In this document: positions 11,810 to 25,800 of the stretch, piece after piece | How positions within the stretch are numbered: the first letter of the stretch is position 1 | Layout: each line of letters opens with the position of its first letter | DNA from: Macrostomum lignano | Taxonomy: Eukaryota | Assembly (NCBI GenBank): GCA_002269645.1 | Contig: NIVC01002153.1 | Location: forward strand, 135,595-199,594 | Direction: 5' to 3' | Length of the DNA stretch: 64,000 bases | Notes under the pieces: model-generated | The model's input: only the letters and a program-made list of their open reading frames with translations | Database searches by the model: none | What the model was told of the DNA's origin: nothing | Program-made: the position numbers and the translations under genes

Positions 11810-12165
11810 TCATATTTCGGACACTTCATACCTCCGACACTTCATATCTCCGACACTTCATATCTCCGACACTTCATACCTCCCACACTTCATATCTACG
11901 ACACTTCATATCTCCGACACTTCATATCTCCGACACTTCATATATCCGACACTTCATACCTCCCACACTTCATATCTCCCACACTTCATATCTCCGACAC
12001 TTCATATCTCCGACACTTCATATCTCCGACACTTCATACCTCCGACACTTCATATCTCCGACACTTCATATCTCCGACACTTCATATCTCCGACACTTCA
12101 TATCTCCGACACTTCATAACTCCGAGGCTTCATAACTCCGACAACCTTCATAACTCCGACACTTT
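11810..12165 (+). repeat. 16-bp minisatellite TCCGACACTTCATATC (right part)
   Basis: Tandem repetition. Confidence 0.93.
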
Positions 12166-12565
12166 ATGTCTGCATGTACACTTTCCGAGTCTTGGGGGCT
12201 TGGCCTCATGAAGGGGGGGGGTGAATCCGCATGTCAAGCCCCAAGTGAATATGGCCGCATTTTATCTGTTTATCGATTCGTTTGACTTGCAGTCACCATG
12301 CGTAGTCGTTAAAGTTACTATCGCGGATCAACGGCCAACTGGAAACTCGAAAACAAAACGTGCTGATAGCTTTCAGCTGTGTTCTAATTTCTGGCAATCT
12401 CTGCTTTTCCTGTGGACTTCTTATCAACTCTTACCTTGGTGACCAAGCATAAACAGAAAATATGTTGATTTCCTCCGGTTGCATATAAATAGTTTCAACA
12501 TCAAATTAACGGATTGATCGAAAATTACACATTTTCACAACCTAAATCGGAAGAAACGAATTCCA

Positions 12566-13290
12566 ATGTCTTCTATGCAGGGAGTTCTACTAATCACCGC
12601 ACTGCTGGCTGGCTGCTTTGCCAACAGATTCGCACTCGGTGAGCTTGACATTGAACTGGATTCTTGATGCCATTTTACTGCGGAAATGATAATGACACCC
12701 GCACCCCAACTCTGCAGGCCTACCAGACCTGCCTGACAAGTTTTTCCGCTGCATCTGCAAGATCGAATCGAACTGCAACCCCAGCATTGGCTGCGTGAAC
12801 GACCCCGTGACCCTGTCCTGCGGGCCGTACCAGATCAAGGAGGCTTACTGGCAGGATGCTTCGGAGTTTGCCGGGGAGCACATTGGTGGAGGTTGGTATA
12901 ATTGGTCCAATTGGGTTAAGGCTTTTCACTGCTTTCAACTCTTCAAAAAACTTTCTCACTTCATAACTCTCAGGCTGGAAGACCTGTACCACAGGAGCCG
13001 ACAACATGAGCTGCTCAAAGAAGGTCATGCTCAACTATTTCCAAAGATACGGCAGGTACTGCACCGGTGGACGGGAGCCCACGATTGAAGTGAGAATTAT
13101 TTGCAATTTGATTGTCGTTGTGTACTACATGTAATTATTTAGATTATAGTTTATAGAAAACTGTGGAAATTGCAAAACTCGCCGTGTGCTTCAACAGGAC
13201 TACGCCAGAATCCACAACGGAGGTCCGCACGGCTGCAGACACTCCAGCACGGATGGCTATTGGGCCAAAGTGTCCCGCTGCCTGGGCTGA
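12566..13290 (+). CDS. i-type lysozyme, copy 2, 151 aa, 4 exons
   Basis: Exons 12566-12638, 12718-12891, 12974-13089, 13198-13290; same intron positions and phases as copy 1; CICKIESNC, LSCGPYQIKEAYW, ARIHNGGPHGC; TATAAA at 12484. Confidence 0.95.
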
Positions 13291-13564
13291 AGCACCACCG
13301 TTTACGACTCTTTTTGAGCAAATAACTTTTTATTGATTTTCTGCGAATGAAGGGCGTTTTACTGATTTACCAGATTTTTTTTATTTGTCTGATTTTTAAC
13401 CGAATGCGTCAATACCGCAAATTATTCGAATATATTCCAAAATTATGAAAATATCCAGCATATACATTGATTAACACTGCACAAACTCATTCTCTTGTAT
13501 TTAAACCATTTTAAGTAGCCAAAGAACTTTAAAACACTTTTAAGATTCATTTAAGCAAGGAATT

Positions 13565-13675
13565 GGCCCCAGCAACTGAGGATCTGGGAGGCTGGCCCAG
13601 CAACTGAGGATCTGGGAGGCTGGCCCAGCAACTGAGGATCTGGGAGGCTGGCCCAGCAACTGACACTCTGGGAGA
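13565..13675 (+). repeat. 28-bp GGCCCAGCAACTGAGGATCTGGGAGGCT minisatellite
   Basis: About 4 units, same family as 9357. Confidence 0.9.
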
Positions 13676-14262
13676 GCCAGACCAGTTGCATTCAAAAGAA
13701 CGAAGGCTGCAGGAACTCAAACAATTGGTTGCAGATTCGGATAGACTGTCGTGTATAATAGTATTTGTATGTAATAATAACTATAAGATATATTTATATA
13801 ATAAGCTGAAACAGGAACGCAGCAGAGAGAGCAGCTGACAGGCGCCATCAACTGGGCTAGCAATATTACAATTTTGTGCAAAAAGAGACACGGTCAGAAC
13901 AGAAAAACGGTCAGCTGAAAACAGAAGCAGAGCATGACGGAAAGAAAATTAATATTTATTAAAAGCAAAACAGATTGCATTATCCAGTTGAATCGCATTT
14001 TCATTACAATCTATGGATAGGGTTTACAGTAGTATATGAAGAATAATCCTATGCAAAACAAATAAAAAAAGAAACAGACAAAGCCTGCAGCAGCAATGTG
14101 GTGATTGATGGGGCTGTCTATTTTAAAACAATCATTGCTTCATCTTTGGCATGGCCCAGCAAACTTAATTACTGTGCGTTGCACTCGTGTGTATCTCAGT
14201 TTCTAAATTCCCAGCTGAATGTTATTGACTAGTAATTACAATTGCATTTAGTAAGGCTCATA

Positions 14263-14755
14263 AGGGGAATTACTCAGGTGTTGAGTATTAATGAGGGGAA
14301 TTACTCAGGTGTTGAGAATTTACGAGGGGAATTACTCAGGTGTTGAGTATTAATGAGGGGAATTACTCAGGTGTTGAGAATTTACGAGGGGAATTACTCA
14401 GGTGTTAAGTATTAATGAGGGGAATTACTCAGGTGTTGAGTATTTACGAGGGGAATTACTCAGGTTTGAGAATTTACGAGGGGAATTACTCAGGTGTTGA
14501 GAATTTACGAGGGGAATTACTCAGGTGTTGAGTATTAATGAGGGGAATTACTCAGGTGTTGAGTATTTACGAGGGGAATTACTCAGGTTTGAGAATTTAC
14601 GAGGGGAATTACTCAGGTGTTGAGTATTTACGAGGGGAATTACTCAGGTTTGAGTATTTATGAGGGGAATTACTCAGGTTTGAGTATTTACGAGGGGAAT
14701 TACTCAGGTTTGAGTATTTATGAGGGGAATTACTCAGGTGTTGAGTTACCATGAG
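14263..14755 (+). repeat. ~31-bp minisatellite GAGGGGAATTACTCAGGTGTTGAGTATTAAT
   Basis: Tandem repetition. Confidence 0.95.
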
Positions 14756-15461
14756 GGAAATATTATTGTAAAAATACAAATAAACTGATTTTATCTAATG
14801 TCAAACCTTGCTAATAATTCCCCAATATACATATAGAGCCTACTGCAAGTACTATGCATCAAATAACAAACCAACCTTTATTATGTAGAGCAAGAACACT
14901 TCAGAAATAGACTCGCCGCACAGACAAAAATTCCAATTTTATAATAATTAAAAAAACTAAATCTTTTAGACAATAACAGCAGACAGTTAAACACAGGTTA
15001 AATTCGATTTGATATGAAAGCATACTAAATATACAAAATATAGTTACAACGAAAATAGAAATAAATAAACAATATGCGATATGATATGATAGACAAGAAT
15101 TAATAGAAATGCAAAAAACAGACTTCCGCGGACTTCAAAGACCATTTTTAGTATATTGGATATCAATATCAAGTACGCTATTAACAGATATTAGAATTGT
15201 GACAACATTCAAGTAAATTATTAATAAACAGATTAATAATAATACAAAACACATACAAGCAAGTAATTATAGCAGACCAGACGTAAGGCAACTATTATAT
15301 TGTAATAATATTTTTTGAATAAAAAATGCAAAAACAATTGCTATAGTTAGCTATGCTACTACTATTGAGATTGTAAGTAGTTAAAGACAGACTTATCTGA
15401 TTGAATATTTTGTTAGACATATTCGTTTCCGAATAGACAATAACGGAATGCAAAAATAAGA

Positions 15462-15532
15462 GACAGACAGACAGACAGACAGACAGAGAGACAGAGAGAC
15501 AGACAGACAGACAGACAGGCAGACAGACAGAC

Positions 15533-15571
<39 letters not shown>

Positions 15572-15588
15572 GGCAGACAGACAGACAA

Positions 15589-15635
<47 letters not shown>

Positions 15636-15742
15636 CAGACAGGCAGACAGACAGACAGACAGGCAGGCAGGCAGACAGGCAGGCAGACAGGCAGGCAGAC
15701 AGACAGACACAGACAGACAGACAGACAGACAGGCAGGCAGGC

Positions 15743-15819
<77 letters not shown>
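15462..15819 (+). repeat. (GACA)n microsatellite
   Basis: Direct. Confidence 0.97.
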
Positions 15820-16564
15820 CTAAGGGCAGTCGTAGCTCACTGGCCTGGTTGTTAATAAACTAATTAGCAAAACATTATAGGGGCCTTAAAATGATAAGGA
15901 TACAAAGCGATAAAACAGGATAGATGGGATAAAAAAAATCGGAATGACTTGCCTGAAAGGAAAAAAATAATTGTAACATTGCAACAAGATAATGCAATAA
16001 CAATATCAAACATAACAAACAGTGATTGTTTCAGCGCAAAAAAACATTTCCTGGAAAAGGCATAACTACTCTTTTGTGTGCGCGTGTAGGTGGCTATTTG
16101 TAATAAACGGACAACCGAAAAAAGCACATGCCTAGCTGCGAATGCGAATTATGCTACTTAAGTAGCTGTGGAATAAGTAGAGCAGTTGGAACATGAACAG
16201 AAAAAATAACACAAGGAAATGATACACAGTAACAAAGCTCGAATGTTGAAATTAATCGCGCAGTTTAAAAGTACATGTACTATTAAAGTCCAACTTAAAA
16301 GTACATGTACAAATAGAGTACAACTGAAACAAAGATACAGGCATTCAGAAAGTTTGTGCGGATGACAGACTTCAAATTTGTAGAAAATGTTTAAAGTGTG
16401 CGTAAGGAAACAGTAGATATATGATAATAATTATGACTATGAATGTAAGCGGAGGTGAGAGGTGTACAACATTGAAAATTATGATAGCAGCTGCAGTTTT
16501 CCTCAGTATCGACACATTCCTATGACAAGTTATGGTCCATTTATTTCCACTAGTTAGTCAGAAC

Positions 16565-16910
16565 CCACTGGTGACTCATCCCTGACCCACTGTTGACTCA
16601 TCCCTGACCCACTGACTCATCCCTGACCCACTGGTGACTCATCCCTGACCCACTAGTCAGCCATTGACCCACTGGTGACTCATCCCTGACCCACTAGTCA
16701 GTCATTGACCCACTGGTGACTCATCCCTGACCCACTAGTCAGTCATTGACCCACTGGTGACTCATCCTTGATCCACTAGTCAGTCATGACCCACTGGTGA
16801 CTCATCCCTGATCCACTAGTCAGTCATTGACCCACTGGTGACTCATCCCTGACCCACTAGTCAGTCATGACCCACTGGTGACTCATCCCTGACCCACTAG
16901 TCAGTCAGTC
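16565..16910 (+). repeat. Composite ~41-bp minisatellite (GACCCACTGGTGACTCATCCCT + GACCCACTAGTCAGTCATT)
   Basis: Tandem repetition starting immediately after the gene A stop codon. Confidence 0.9.
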
Positions 16911-16912
16911 GG

Positions 16913-19900
16913 TCACTCGCCGGACCCAGCGGCGGCATTGGCTGCAGCGGCCGCGGCAGACACGGCGGTGGCAGCGGCGGCGGCCCGGCGAGCCCAGTCG
17001 CCAGCTCCTGGCGGTGGCGGCCTGCTGCTGACATAGTCGGCATCCCGCTGCACAGTCATAGTCTGGTACTTCTCCCGCTGGGCAGGCGTGGCGATGCGTT
17101 GGAAATAGAAATCGTCAAGCAGCTGTTTGAGTTGTCGGGCCTCGCAGCTCTCCCAGGCCAGACTGCGGACCCGAACCTGCTTCCTGTCGTCGTCCTCATC
17201 CTCGGAGCTGACAAATTCGCGCTGCAGAAGCTCTTCGAGTTTGGCCGCCTCCTGAGTCTCCAAGGTGCGGGACAGGTAGCTGGCGGCTTTCTGGCGACGG
17301 CGGAGCTTCTGGTTTATCGGGGGTGAGTTGGGAGATGAGAGTGAACAGATACCTGTTGTATACTACTGACGCATGCGCTATTTAGTAATATAATATGGAA
17401 ATCATCCATCCTGTTTTCAATTGCGCCCACCCTATTTCTAATCTCACCATTCTGTTTTCAATCGCACCCACCCTATCTCTAATCTCACCCCTCATGTTTT
17501 AAATCTAACCCTCTTGTTTTAAATCCCACCCATCATATATCTAATCTAATCACCTAGCCTATTTCTAATCTCACCCATTCTGTTTTTAATCTCACCCAAC
17601 CTATTTCTAATCTCACCCACCATATCTCTAATCGCACCTAGCCTATTTCTAATCTCACACTCTTGTTTTAAATCTCACCCACTTTATCCGCAACCTCATC
17701 TACATAATCTCTAATCTCACCATCCTGTTTTTAATCTCATTCAACCTATTTCTAATCTCACTCACCATATCTCTAATCGCACCTAGCCTATTTCTAATCT
17801 CACCCACCCTATCCCTAATCTCACCTACCCTATCTCTAATCTCACCTACCCTATCTCTAATCTCACCATCCTATCTGTAGCAACACAAGCTACAAGAGTC
17901 AGCAGCAACACAAACCTTCATTCGCGAAGTGAACCGCCTAGCGCGCTCATTGCTGCCAATATCTTTCAGTCGGCGAAATATGTCTTTCATAGCGGCGAGA
18001 AAGGAGTCAGTAAGGCTCGCTTCTGCAACAAAAGGATAAAAATTAAGTATCTATTTTGTTAATTTAGCTACTAAAATAAGTTTAAAAGACGAATAAAAAG
18101 TCAAGCAACATCTCTCACCTCGTCCATCTCCATCGCAACAGCCCAGTCTGCCGATTGCGCGGCGAATAACTTTGCGAGTAATTTCCACATTCAAAGCGTG
18201 AGTGAATGGCAGATTCAGTTTGAACAGATGCGGCCCGGTTCCTTTTAGCTCTTTGTAGCACTCGCGTAGCAGAGCCTAAACATATTTTACAATGCAAAGA
18301 TAGGTAAAAACGGCCCTTTTAAGTACGCTCAAAACTTCAAAGTTCGAATCTACATGAGTTCGAATCTACATGAGTTCCAATCTATATGAGCTCGAATCTG
18401 CATGAGCTCGAATCTACATGAGCTCCAATCTGCATGAGCTCGAATCTACATGAGCTCCAATCTACATGAGTTTGAATCTATATGAGCTCGAATCTACATG
18501 AGTTCGAATCTACATGAGCTCGAATCTACATGAGCTCCAATCTACATGAGTTCGAATCTACATGAGCTCCAATCTACATGAGTTCGAATCTATATGAGTT
18601 CGAATCTACATGAGCTCGAATCTACATGAGCTCCAATCTACATGAGTTCGAATCTACATGAGCTCCAATCTACATGAGTTCGAATCTATATGAGTTCGAA
18701 TCTACATGAGTTCGAATCTATATGAGTTCGAATCTACATGAGTTCGAATCTACATGAGTTCGAATCTATATGAGTTCGAATCTACATGAGTTCGAATCTA
18801 CATGAGTTCGAATCTATATGAGTTCGAATCTACATGAGTTCGAATCTACATGAGTTCGAATCTATATGAGTTCGAATCTACATGAGCTCGAATCTTCATG
18901 AGTTCGAATCTACATGAGCTCCAATCTACATGAGTTCGAATCTACATGAGCTCCAATCTACATGAACCCGAATCTACATGAGCTCGAATCTTCATCAGCA
19001 TAAGACTTCACACGTTCGAAGCCTTATTTTGTCGAAAACGTCTTACCAGAATCACATACGCTAGCTTAAAAAACTTACAACACAAATGCTTTCAAGTTCA
19101 ACGCTTTAAGAAACATCGGGTCTTTCTTTATCAACTCACCCGAGACTCCGCCGGGTCCATCGGCAAGCCTGACTTGCCAGAACCGCCGCTTCCACTGCTG
19201 CCTCCGCCTCCACCGCCACCAGAAGCGACAACCTCCTCGCCAGCCACCGTCGGCATACTCAGAATCGAACCGAAGCATCTAACAGTCGAAGCACCGCTGC
19301 CCAGATCTTCTTCGCTGTCGTCGGCTGCTCCTGCCGCTGGCAATTCGCCGACAATGGCATCTCCGGCGTCAACAACATCAGAGGGAGGCGGAGGCTGTGA
19401 TGATGGAGACGACAGATCCAACTGACGCCGGGGCATGACAGTCAGCTGGATCTGACGCTGATGCTTCTTCTGACTGGTTGGTGGCTGCTGTTGCTGTTGA
19501 ATCTTGATCGGATGCTGGATATGCAGGAGCTCGTCAGCCGCCACTGCTAAGCAATTGTTAAGGCTCGAGTCTACGCCAACTGTGGATGAGTCATCTTCAA
19601 CGCTAAGCTGCTCGTCATCAAGATGCTGAGCATCGGTGCTGGGCCTCTGCTGTTGCTGCTGTCGATGAGGCCGCTTTCTACAGCGTCGTTTAGCAATGGG
19701 AATGATTGACGGCCGCGACTGAGGCGATGAGGCCACTGATGAGGCAGTAGCAGATTTGGTTGTAGCTGGCAGATTTGGAGACTGGCGCTGCTGATGAAGC
19801 TGATGAAGCTGAAGATGGTGAGATGGCAGCGGTACAGTGGAATCAGCACTGCTTGACGATGTTGTCGGAGCTGCAGCGGCTGCGGCAGCGGCGGCGGCTG

Positions 19901-20165
19901 CTGAGGCGGCAGTAGGACAGGGGCCATTGTGCATCTCGTAGAACTGGCACACTGTGTCTAGGGACGGCCGCATGGCTTCAACAGCGTGCAGGTAGACTTG
20001 GCCAATGAGGCGCATGCAGGTGACCACGTCTTTCAGGGGCATGCGATCGATCAGCAGGGTGAGGTTGCTCAGGGTGCACTCGAACAGCGTTAGGGGCGGC
20101 AGCAGGTTGCTGGCGCCTGGGGCCAGGGAGGCCGGCAGGAGGGTCGGCAGTGCCTGGCAGGACAT
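16913..20165 (-). CDS. Gene A: C14orf93-like protein with an uncharacterised N-terminal PLTLFECT domain, 561 aa, 4 coding exons
   Basis: Exons 20165-19140, 18275-18119, 18022-17916, 17308-16913 join in frame (phases 0,1,0) via GT-AG sites; in-frame stop upstream of the ATG. C-terminal pattern LLRECYKEL..F....F....N / IFRRLK / RMKKLRRRQK / FVSSEDE / VRSLAWES....LLD / SSRPPP resembles the C14orf93 family C-terminal region as I recall it. Confidence 0.85.
17400..17875 (+). repeat. Degenerate CTAATCTCACC-containing repeat (gene A intron 3)
   Basis: Recurrent CTAATCTCAC motif with variable spacers. Confidence 0.8.
18342..18995 (+). repeat. 16-bp minisatellite TTCGAATCTACATGAG (gene A intron 1)
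   Basis: Tandem repetition. Confidence 0.95.
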
Positions 20166-20263
20166 TGCTGCTGCTGCTTGTTGCTGCTTTTAGGAGCCGG
20201 CTTCTGGGAGTTGCTGTTGCTGTGCAGAGCGAGTGGCGATCTGGAACTGCGGGAGGGGGGCAA

Positions 20264-20597
<334 letters not shown>

Positions 20598-21214
20598 TAG
20601 CTCCGAAAGCAAAAAACATAAAAAGCAACGAGTTTCTATTACGTGACGTCACACAAACAAAGTATGCATTGTTATTAATTGCTGGATTGCTGAAGCTGAC
20701 CAGCTGTGCTTCAAAAATACAACATGGCAAATGGTGACAGACATATGTAAACTGAAAGCAATAGAATTGAATTTCCTAGCAAATTATTGAAGTAATAAAC
20801 GCAATGCGATCACTGGTTGAAGCAGAGGATGATCAATAATAGTGGTGCAAATGAAGTTTTAAAAAAAGAATTCTTCAGTCATTAAATATGTATAGGAGCT
20901 GATGCAAGTTTCATTTTATTAAAAATATAGTTATAAAATAGAATGCTGAGTCAACTACAAGAGTGAAGTTATCAACAGATGGAATTATTGCCCATTGGTG
21001 ACCAATTGAAATACCTGTTGAGTAACCGCCTCACATGCAAGTATTCTTATTTAAAAAAAAACAAAAGTTAGTGACGATGATTGAATTAGCAGATGAATTA
21101 TTGAACAGATTGCCGATTTTGTTGTTGTTTAATTACTTATTGCAACTGCTGCAAACTGAAATAGAGCTTCGTTGACCAGTGACTTGGACAAACTATGGAA
21201 TAGGCGGGCATAGA

Positions 21215-22432
21215 CACAGTGAGACAGACAGACAAAGCAGACGGACACATATACAGACAACAGGCAGAACAAACCAAAGACACAACAGACAGACCTAACA
21301 GAAAGACAGACACAGGGACGGACACAAAAACAGACAAAGCAGACAGACACAGCAGACAGACAGACACAGGGACGGACACAAAAACAGACAAAGCAGACAG
21401 ACACAGCAGACAGACAGACAGCAGACAGACACAGCAGACAGACAAGCAGACAGACACAGCAGACAGACAAGCAGACAGACACAGCAGACAGACAAGGAGA
21501 CAGACACAGAGACAGACACGCAGACAGATACAGCAGACAGACACAGCAGACAGACGCAGCAGACAGACAAGCAGACACACAGCAGACAGACACAGCAGAC
21601 AGACACAGCAGACAGACAAGCAGACAGACAGCAGACAGACACACAGCAGACAGACACAGCAGACAGACAAGCAGACAGACAGACACAGGGACGGACACAA
21701 AAACAGACAAAGCAGACAGACACAGCAGACAGACAGACACAGACAGACACGCAGCAGACAGACACAGCAGACAGACAAGCAGACAGACAGCAGACAGACA
21801 CACAGCAGACAGACACAGCAGACAGATAAGCAGACAGACACAGCAGACAGACAAGCAGACAGACAAGGAGACAGACACAGCAGACAGACAAGCAGACAGA
21901 CACAGCAGACAGACAAGCAGACAGACAGCAGACAGACACACAGCAGACAGACACAGCAGACAGACAAGCAGACAGACACAGCAGACAGACAGCAGACAGA
22001 CACACAGCAGACAGACACAGCAGACAGACAAGCAGACAGACACAGCAGACAGACAAGCAGACAGACACAGCAGACAGACACAGCAGACAGACAAGGAGAC
22101 AGACAAGGAGACAGACAAGGAGACAGACACAGCAGACAGACAAGCAGACAGACAAGGAGACAGACACAGCAGACAGACAAGCAGACAGACAAGGAGACAG
22201 ACAAGGAGACAGACAAGGAGACAGACAAGGAGACAGACACAGCAGACAGACAAGGTGACAGACACAGCAGACAGACAAGGAGACAGACAATGAGACAGAC
22301 ACAGCAGACAGACAAGGAGACAGACACAGCAGACAGACAAGGAGACAGACACGCAGACAGATACAGCAGACAGACACAGCAGACAGACAAGCAGACAGAG
22401 AGACAGCAGACAGACACAGCTCAGACAGACAG
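21215..22432 (+). repeat. Degenerate GACA/GCAGACAGACACA-type simple repeat
   Basis: Direct; source of the CLSV-rich ORFs. Confidence 0.93.
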
Positions 22433-22470
22433 GAAACCAGAGAAAGAAGCGATGAGTTCACAGTGCCTCT

Positions 22471-22800
22471 CTACATCCGCTTAGCCCAGCCGGGACATTC
22501 GCTAGGCGGAGGTCGGGAGCTGCGGCAGGCGGGGTCCCGCCTCAGCCGGGTCATCTCGCCGCGCTGTTTCTCGTCAGCTAGGTTGTCGTGGAACAGTTGG
22601 TCAAGCCGGTGTTTCATGTCGCGCAGTTCGTCAGACTCCCATGGGAGCTGTTTGACTCGCATCTCGCTGTCTAAATCGGCGCCGCACTCTTCATCTGAGG
22701 AGGTGAAGTCGCGGTTTAGTACAGATTCGTAGCGCTCTCGGGCGGCTGAGTCCAGAGTGGGCTTCAGGCTGTCGAAGGCTTTCTGGCGGCGGTTGAGCTT
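22471..22800 (-). CDS. Gene B constant terminal exon
   Basis: CAG acceptor, phase 0, homologous to gene A exon 4, stop TAG at 22471. Confidence 0.85.
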   Translation of the reverse strand, partial: KLNRRQKAFDSLKPTLDSAARERYESVLNRDFTSSDEECGADLDSEMRVKQLPWESDELRDMKHRLDQLFHDNLADEKQRGEMTRLRRDPACRSSRPPPSECPGWAKRM

Positions 22801-25800
22801 CTGCCAGGGTGTTGGGGCGTTGGGATGGGGATTGAGTCACGACAGACATGCATGAAGTGACCCTGAAGCTTATTAATCCTCATCCTGAAGTGACCCTGAA
22901 GTCTATTGCTCCTCATCCTGAAGTGACCCTGAAGCTTATTAATACTCACCCTGAAATGACCCTGAAGTCTATTGATACTCATCCTGAAGTGACCCTGAAG
23001 CTTATTAATACTCATCCTGAGGGGACCCTGAAGACTAATACTCATCCTGAGGGGACCCTGAAGACTAATACTCATCCTGAAATGACCCTGAAGTCTATTA
23101 ATACTCATCCTGAAGTGACCCTGAAGCTATATCTATTCTGAATTATCTTCTGCTTTTGATTCTTTTTTATAGGCAGTTAATTGAAATATCCTGCTTTTAA
23201 AAATTCCTGAACTAATGATAAACACTTGTGATAAGGAATTCCGAAGAAGTATTATAAAGAATACCTGCTTGCAATTGCTGTCTGCTTTTGTATATCAAAA
23301 CCTTAACTACAGAATTGTAACAACATAAGTGGAGACAAAAGACTGAAAGCAACTCAGAGATGGTAGACAGAAGACTGAAAGCAACTCAGAGATGGGAGAC
23401 AGAAGACTGAAAGCAACTCAGAGATGGTAGACAGAAGACTGAAAGCAACTCAGAGATGGTAGACAGAAGACTGAAAGCAACTCAGAGATGGGAGACAGAA
23501 GACTGAAAGCAACTCAGAGATGGGAGACAGAAGACTGAAAGCAACTCAGAGATGGGAGACAGAAAGAAGACTGAAAGCAACTCAGAGATGGGAGACAGAA
23601 AGAAGACTGAAAGCAACTCAGAGATGGTAGACAGAAGACTGAAAGCAACTCAGAGATGGGAGACAGAAGACTGAAAGCAACTCAGAGATGGGAGACAGAA
23701 AGAAGACTGAAAGCAACTCAGAGATGGGAGACAGAAAGAAGACTGAAAGCAACTCAGAGATGGGAGACAGAAGACTGAAAGCAACTCAGAGATGGGAGAC
23801 AGAAGACTGAAAGCAACTCAGAGATGGGAGACAAAAGACTGAAAGCAACTCAGAGATGGGAGACAGAAAGAAGACTGAAAGCAACTCAGAGATGGGAGAC
23901 AGAAAGAAGACTGAAAGCAACTCAGAGATGGTAGACAAAAGACTGAAAGCAACTCAGAGATGGGAGACAGAAGACTGAAAGCAACTCAGAGATGGGAGAC
24001 AGAAAGAAGACTGAAAGCAACTCAGAGATGGTAGACAAAAGACTGAAAGCAACTCAGAGATGGGAGACAAAAGACTGAAAGCAACTCAGAGATGGGAGAC
24101 AGAAAGAAGACTGAAAGCAACTCAGAGATGGTAGACAAAAGACTGAAAGCAACTCAGAGATGGGAGACAGAAGACTGAAAGCAACTCAGAGATTCTATTC
24201 TAACCTAAAACAGGAAATGTCAATAACTTATCCATATGGTTCAACAAAGACAAAAGCAGAAACACTTGATCTTAAATTCGAAATTCGAAATAATTAGACA
24301 ACATAATAAAAAACAGATGGTATGAGCCACATCCCAGTGGGAGTTTAGAAACACCATTTAGTCCAGTCAAGGTGTGAAGTCACACGTGACAAAGGCAATT
24401 AGCAAGACGTATAAATTGTGCAAATCGAGTCAACCCAACAGCAGGGGACAGAGGGGCGTATGGGGTACGTCGCAGTCACAAACACCTGGATGAAGGACGC
24501 TGGGAAACTGCCTCAATGGACCAAATCGCGAATTAAAAACTTCCCGGACTAAAGACTTCAACGCTTGACTGAAGTTAAATAAATTTTATAATCAAGCTAT
24601 CAGCTTGGCCTGTAAATGCTAAATAAGGTGGGTTATTAAGGGAGGCTCTCACAGCCATATAATCGTACCGGGTACTATATATTGTAGACATTTATATACA
24701 GCCTGAGATAGACACATGATACAGACTGAGACACAGGAATGACAGACTGAGACACAGGAATGACAGACTGAGACACATGAATAAGAGAATGAGACCCATG
24801 AATAAGAGACTGAGACACATGAATGACAGACTGAGACACAGGAATGACAGACTGAGACACATGAATGACAGACTGAGACACATGATAGAGACTGACACAC
24901 AGGGATGACAGACTGAGGCACATGATAGAGACTGAGACACATGAATGACAGACTGAGACACATGATAGAGACTGAGACATATGAATGACAGACTGAGACA
25001 CAGGAATGACAGACTGAGACACAGGAATGACAGACTGAGACACATGAATGACAGACTGAGACACAGTAATGACAGACTGAGACACAGGAATGACAGACTG
25101 AGACACAGGAATGACAGACTGAGACACATGAATAAGAGAATGAGACACATGAATGACAGACTGAGACACAGGAATGACAGACTGAGACACAGTAATGACA
25201 GACTGAGACACAGGAATGACAGACTGAGACACAGTAATGACAGACTGAGACACAGGAATGACAGACTGAGACACATGAATGAGAGAATGAGACACAGTAA
25301 TGACAGACTGAGACACAGGAATGACAGACTGAGACACATGAATGACAGACTGAGACACATGAATGAGAGAATGAGATACATGAATGACAGACTGAGACAC
25401 ATGAATGAGAGAATGAGACACAGGAATGACAGACTGAGACACATGATAGAGACTGAGACACATGAATGACAGACTGAGACACAGGAATGACAGACTGAGA
25501 CACAGTAATGACAGACTGAGACACATGAATGAGAGAATGAGACACAGTAATGACAGACTGAGACACAGGAATGACAGACTGAGACACAGTAATGACAGAC
25601 TGAGACACAGGAATGACAGACTGAGACACAGTAATGACAGACTGAGACACATGAATGACAGACTGAGACACATGAATAAGAGAATGAGACCCATGAATAA
25701 GAGACTGAGACACATGAATGACAGACTGAGACACAGGAATGACAGACTGAGACACATGAATGACAGACTGAGACACATGATAGAGACTGACACACAGGGA

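Noticed and set aside
24470-24570. QALKSLVREVFNSRF as another alternative exon 3
   Set aside because: Wrong phase at the acceptor, and it lacks the Y6/L15 pattern.
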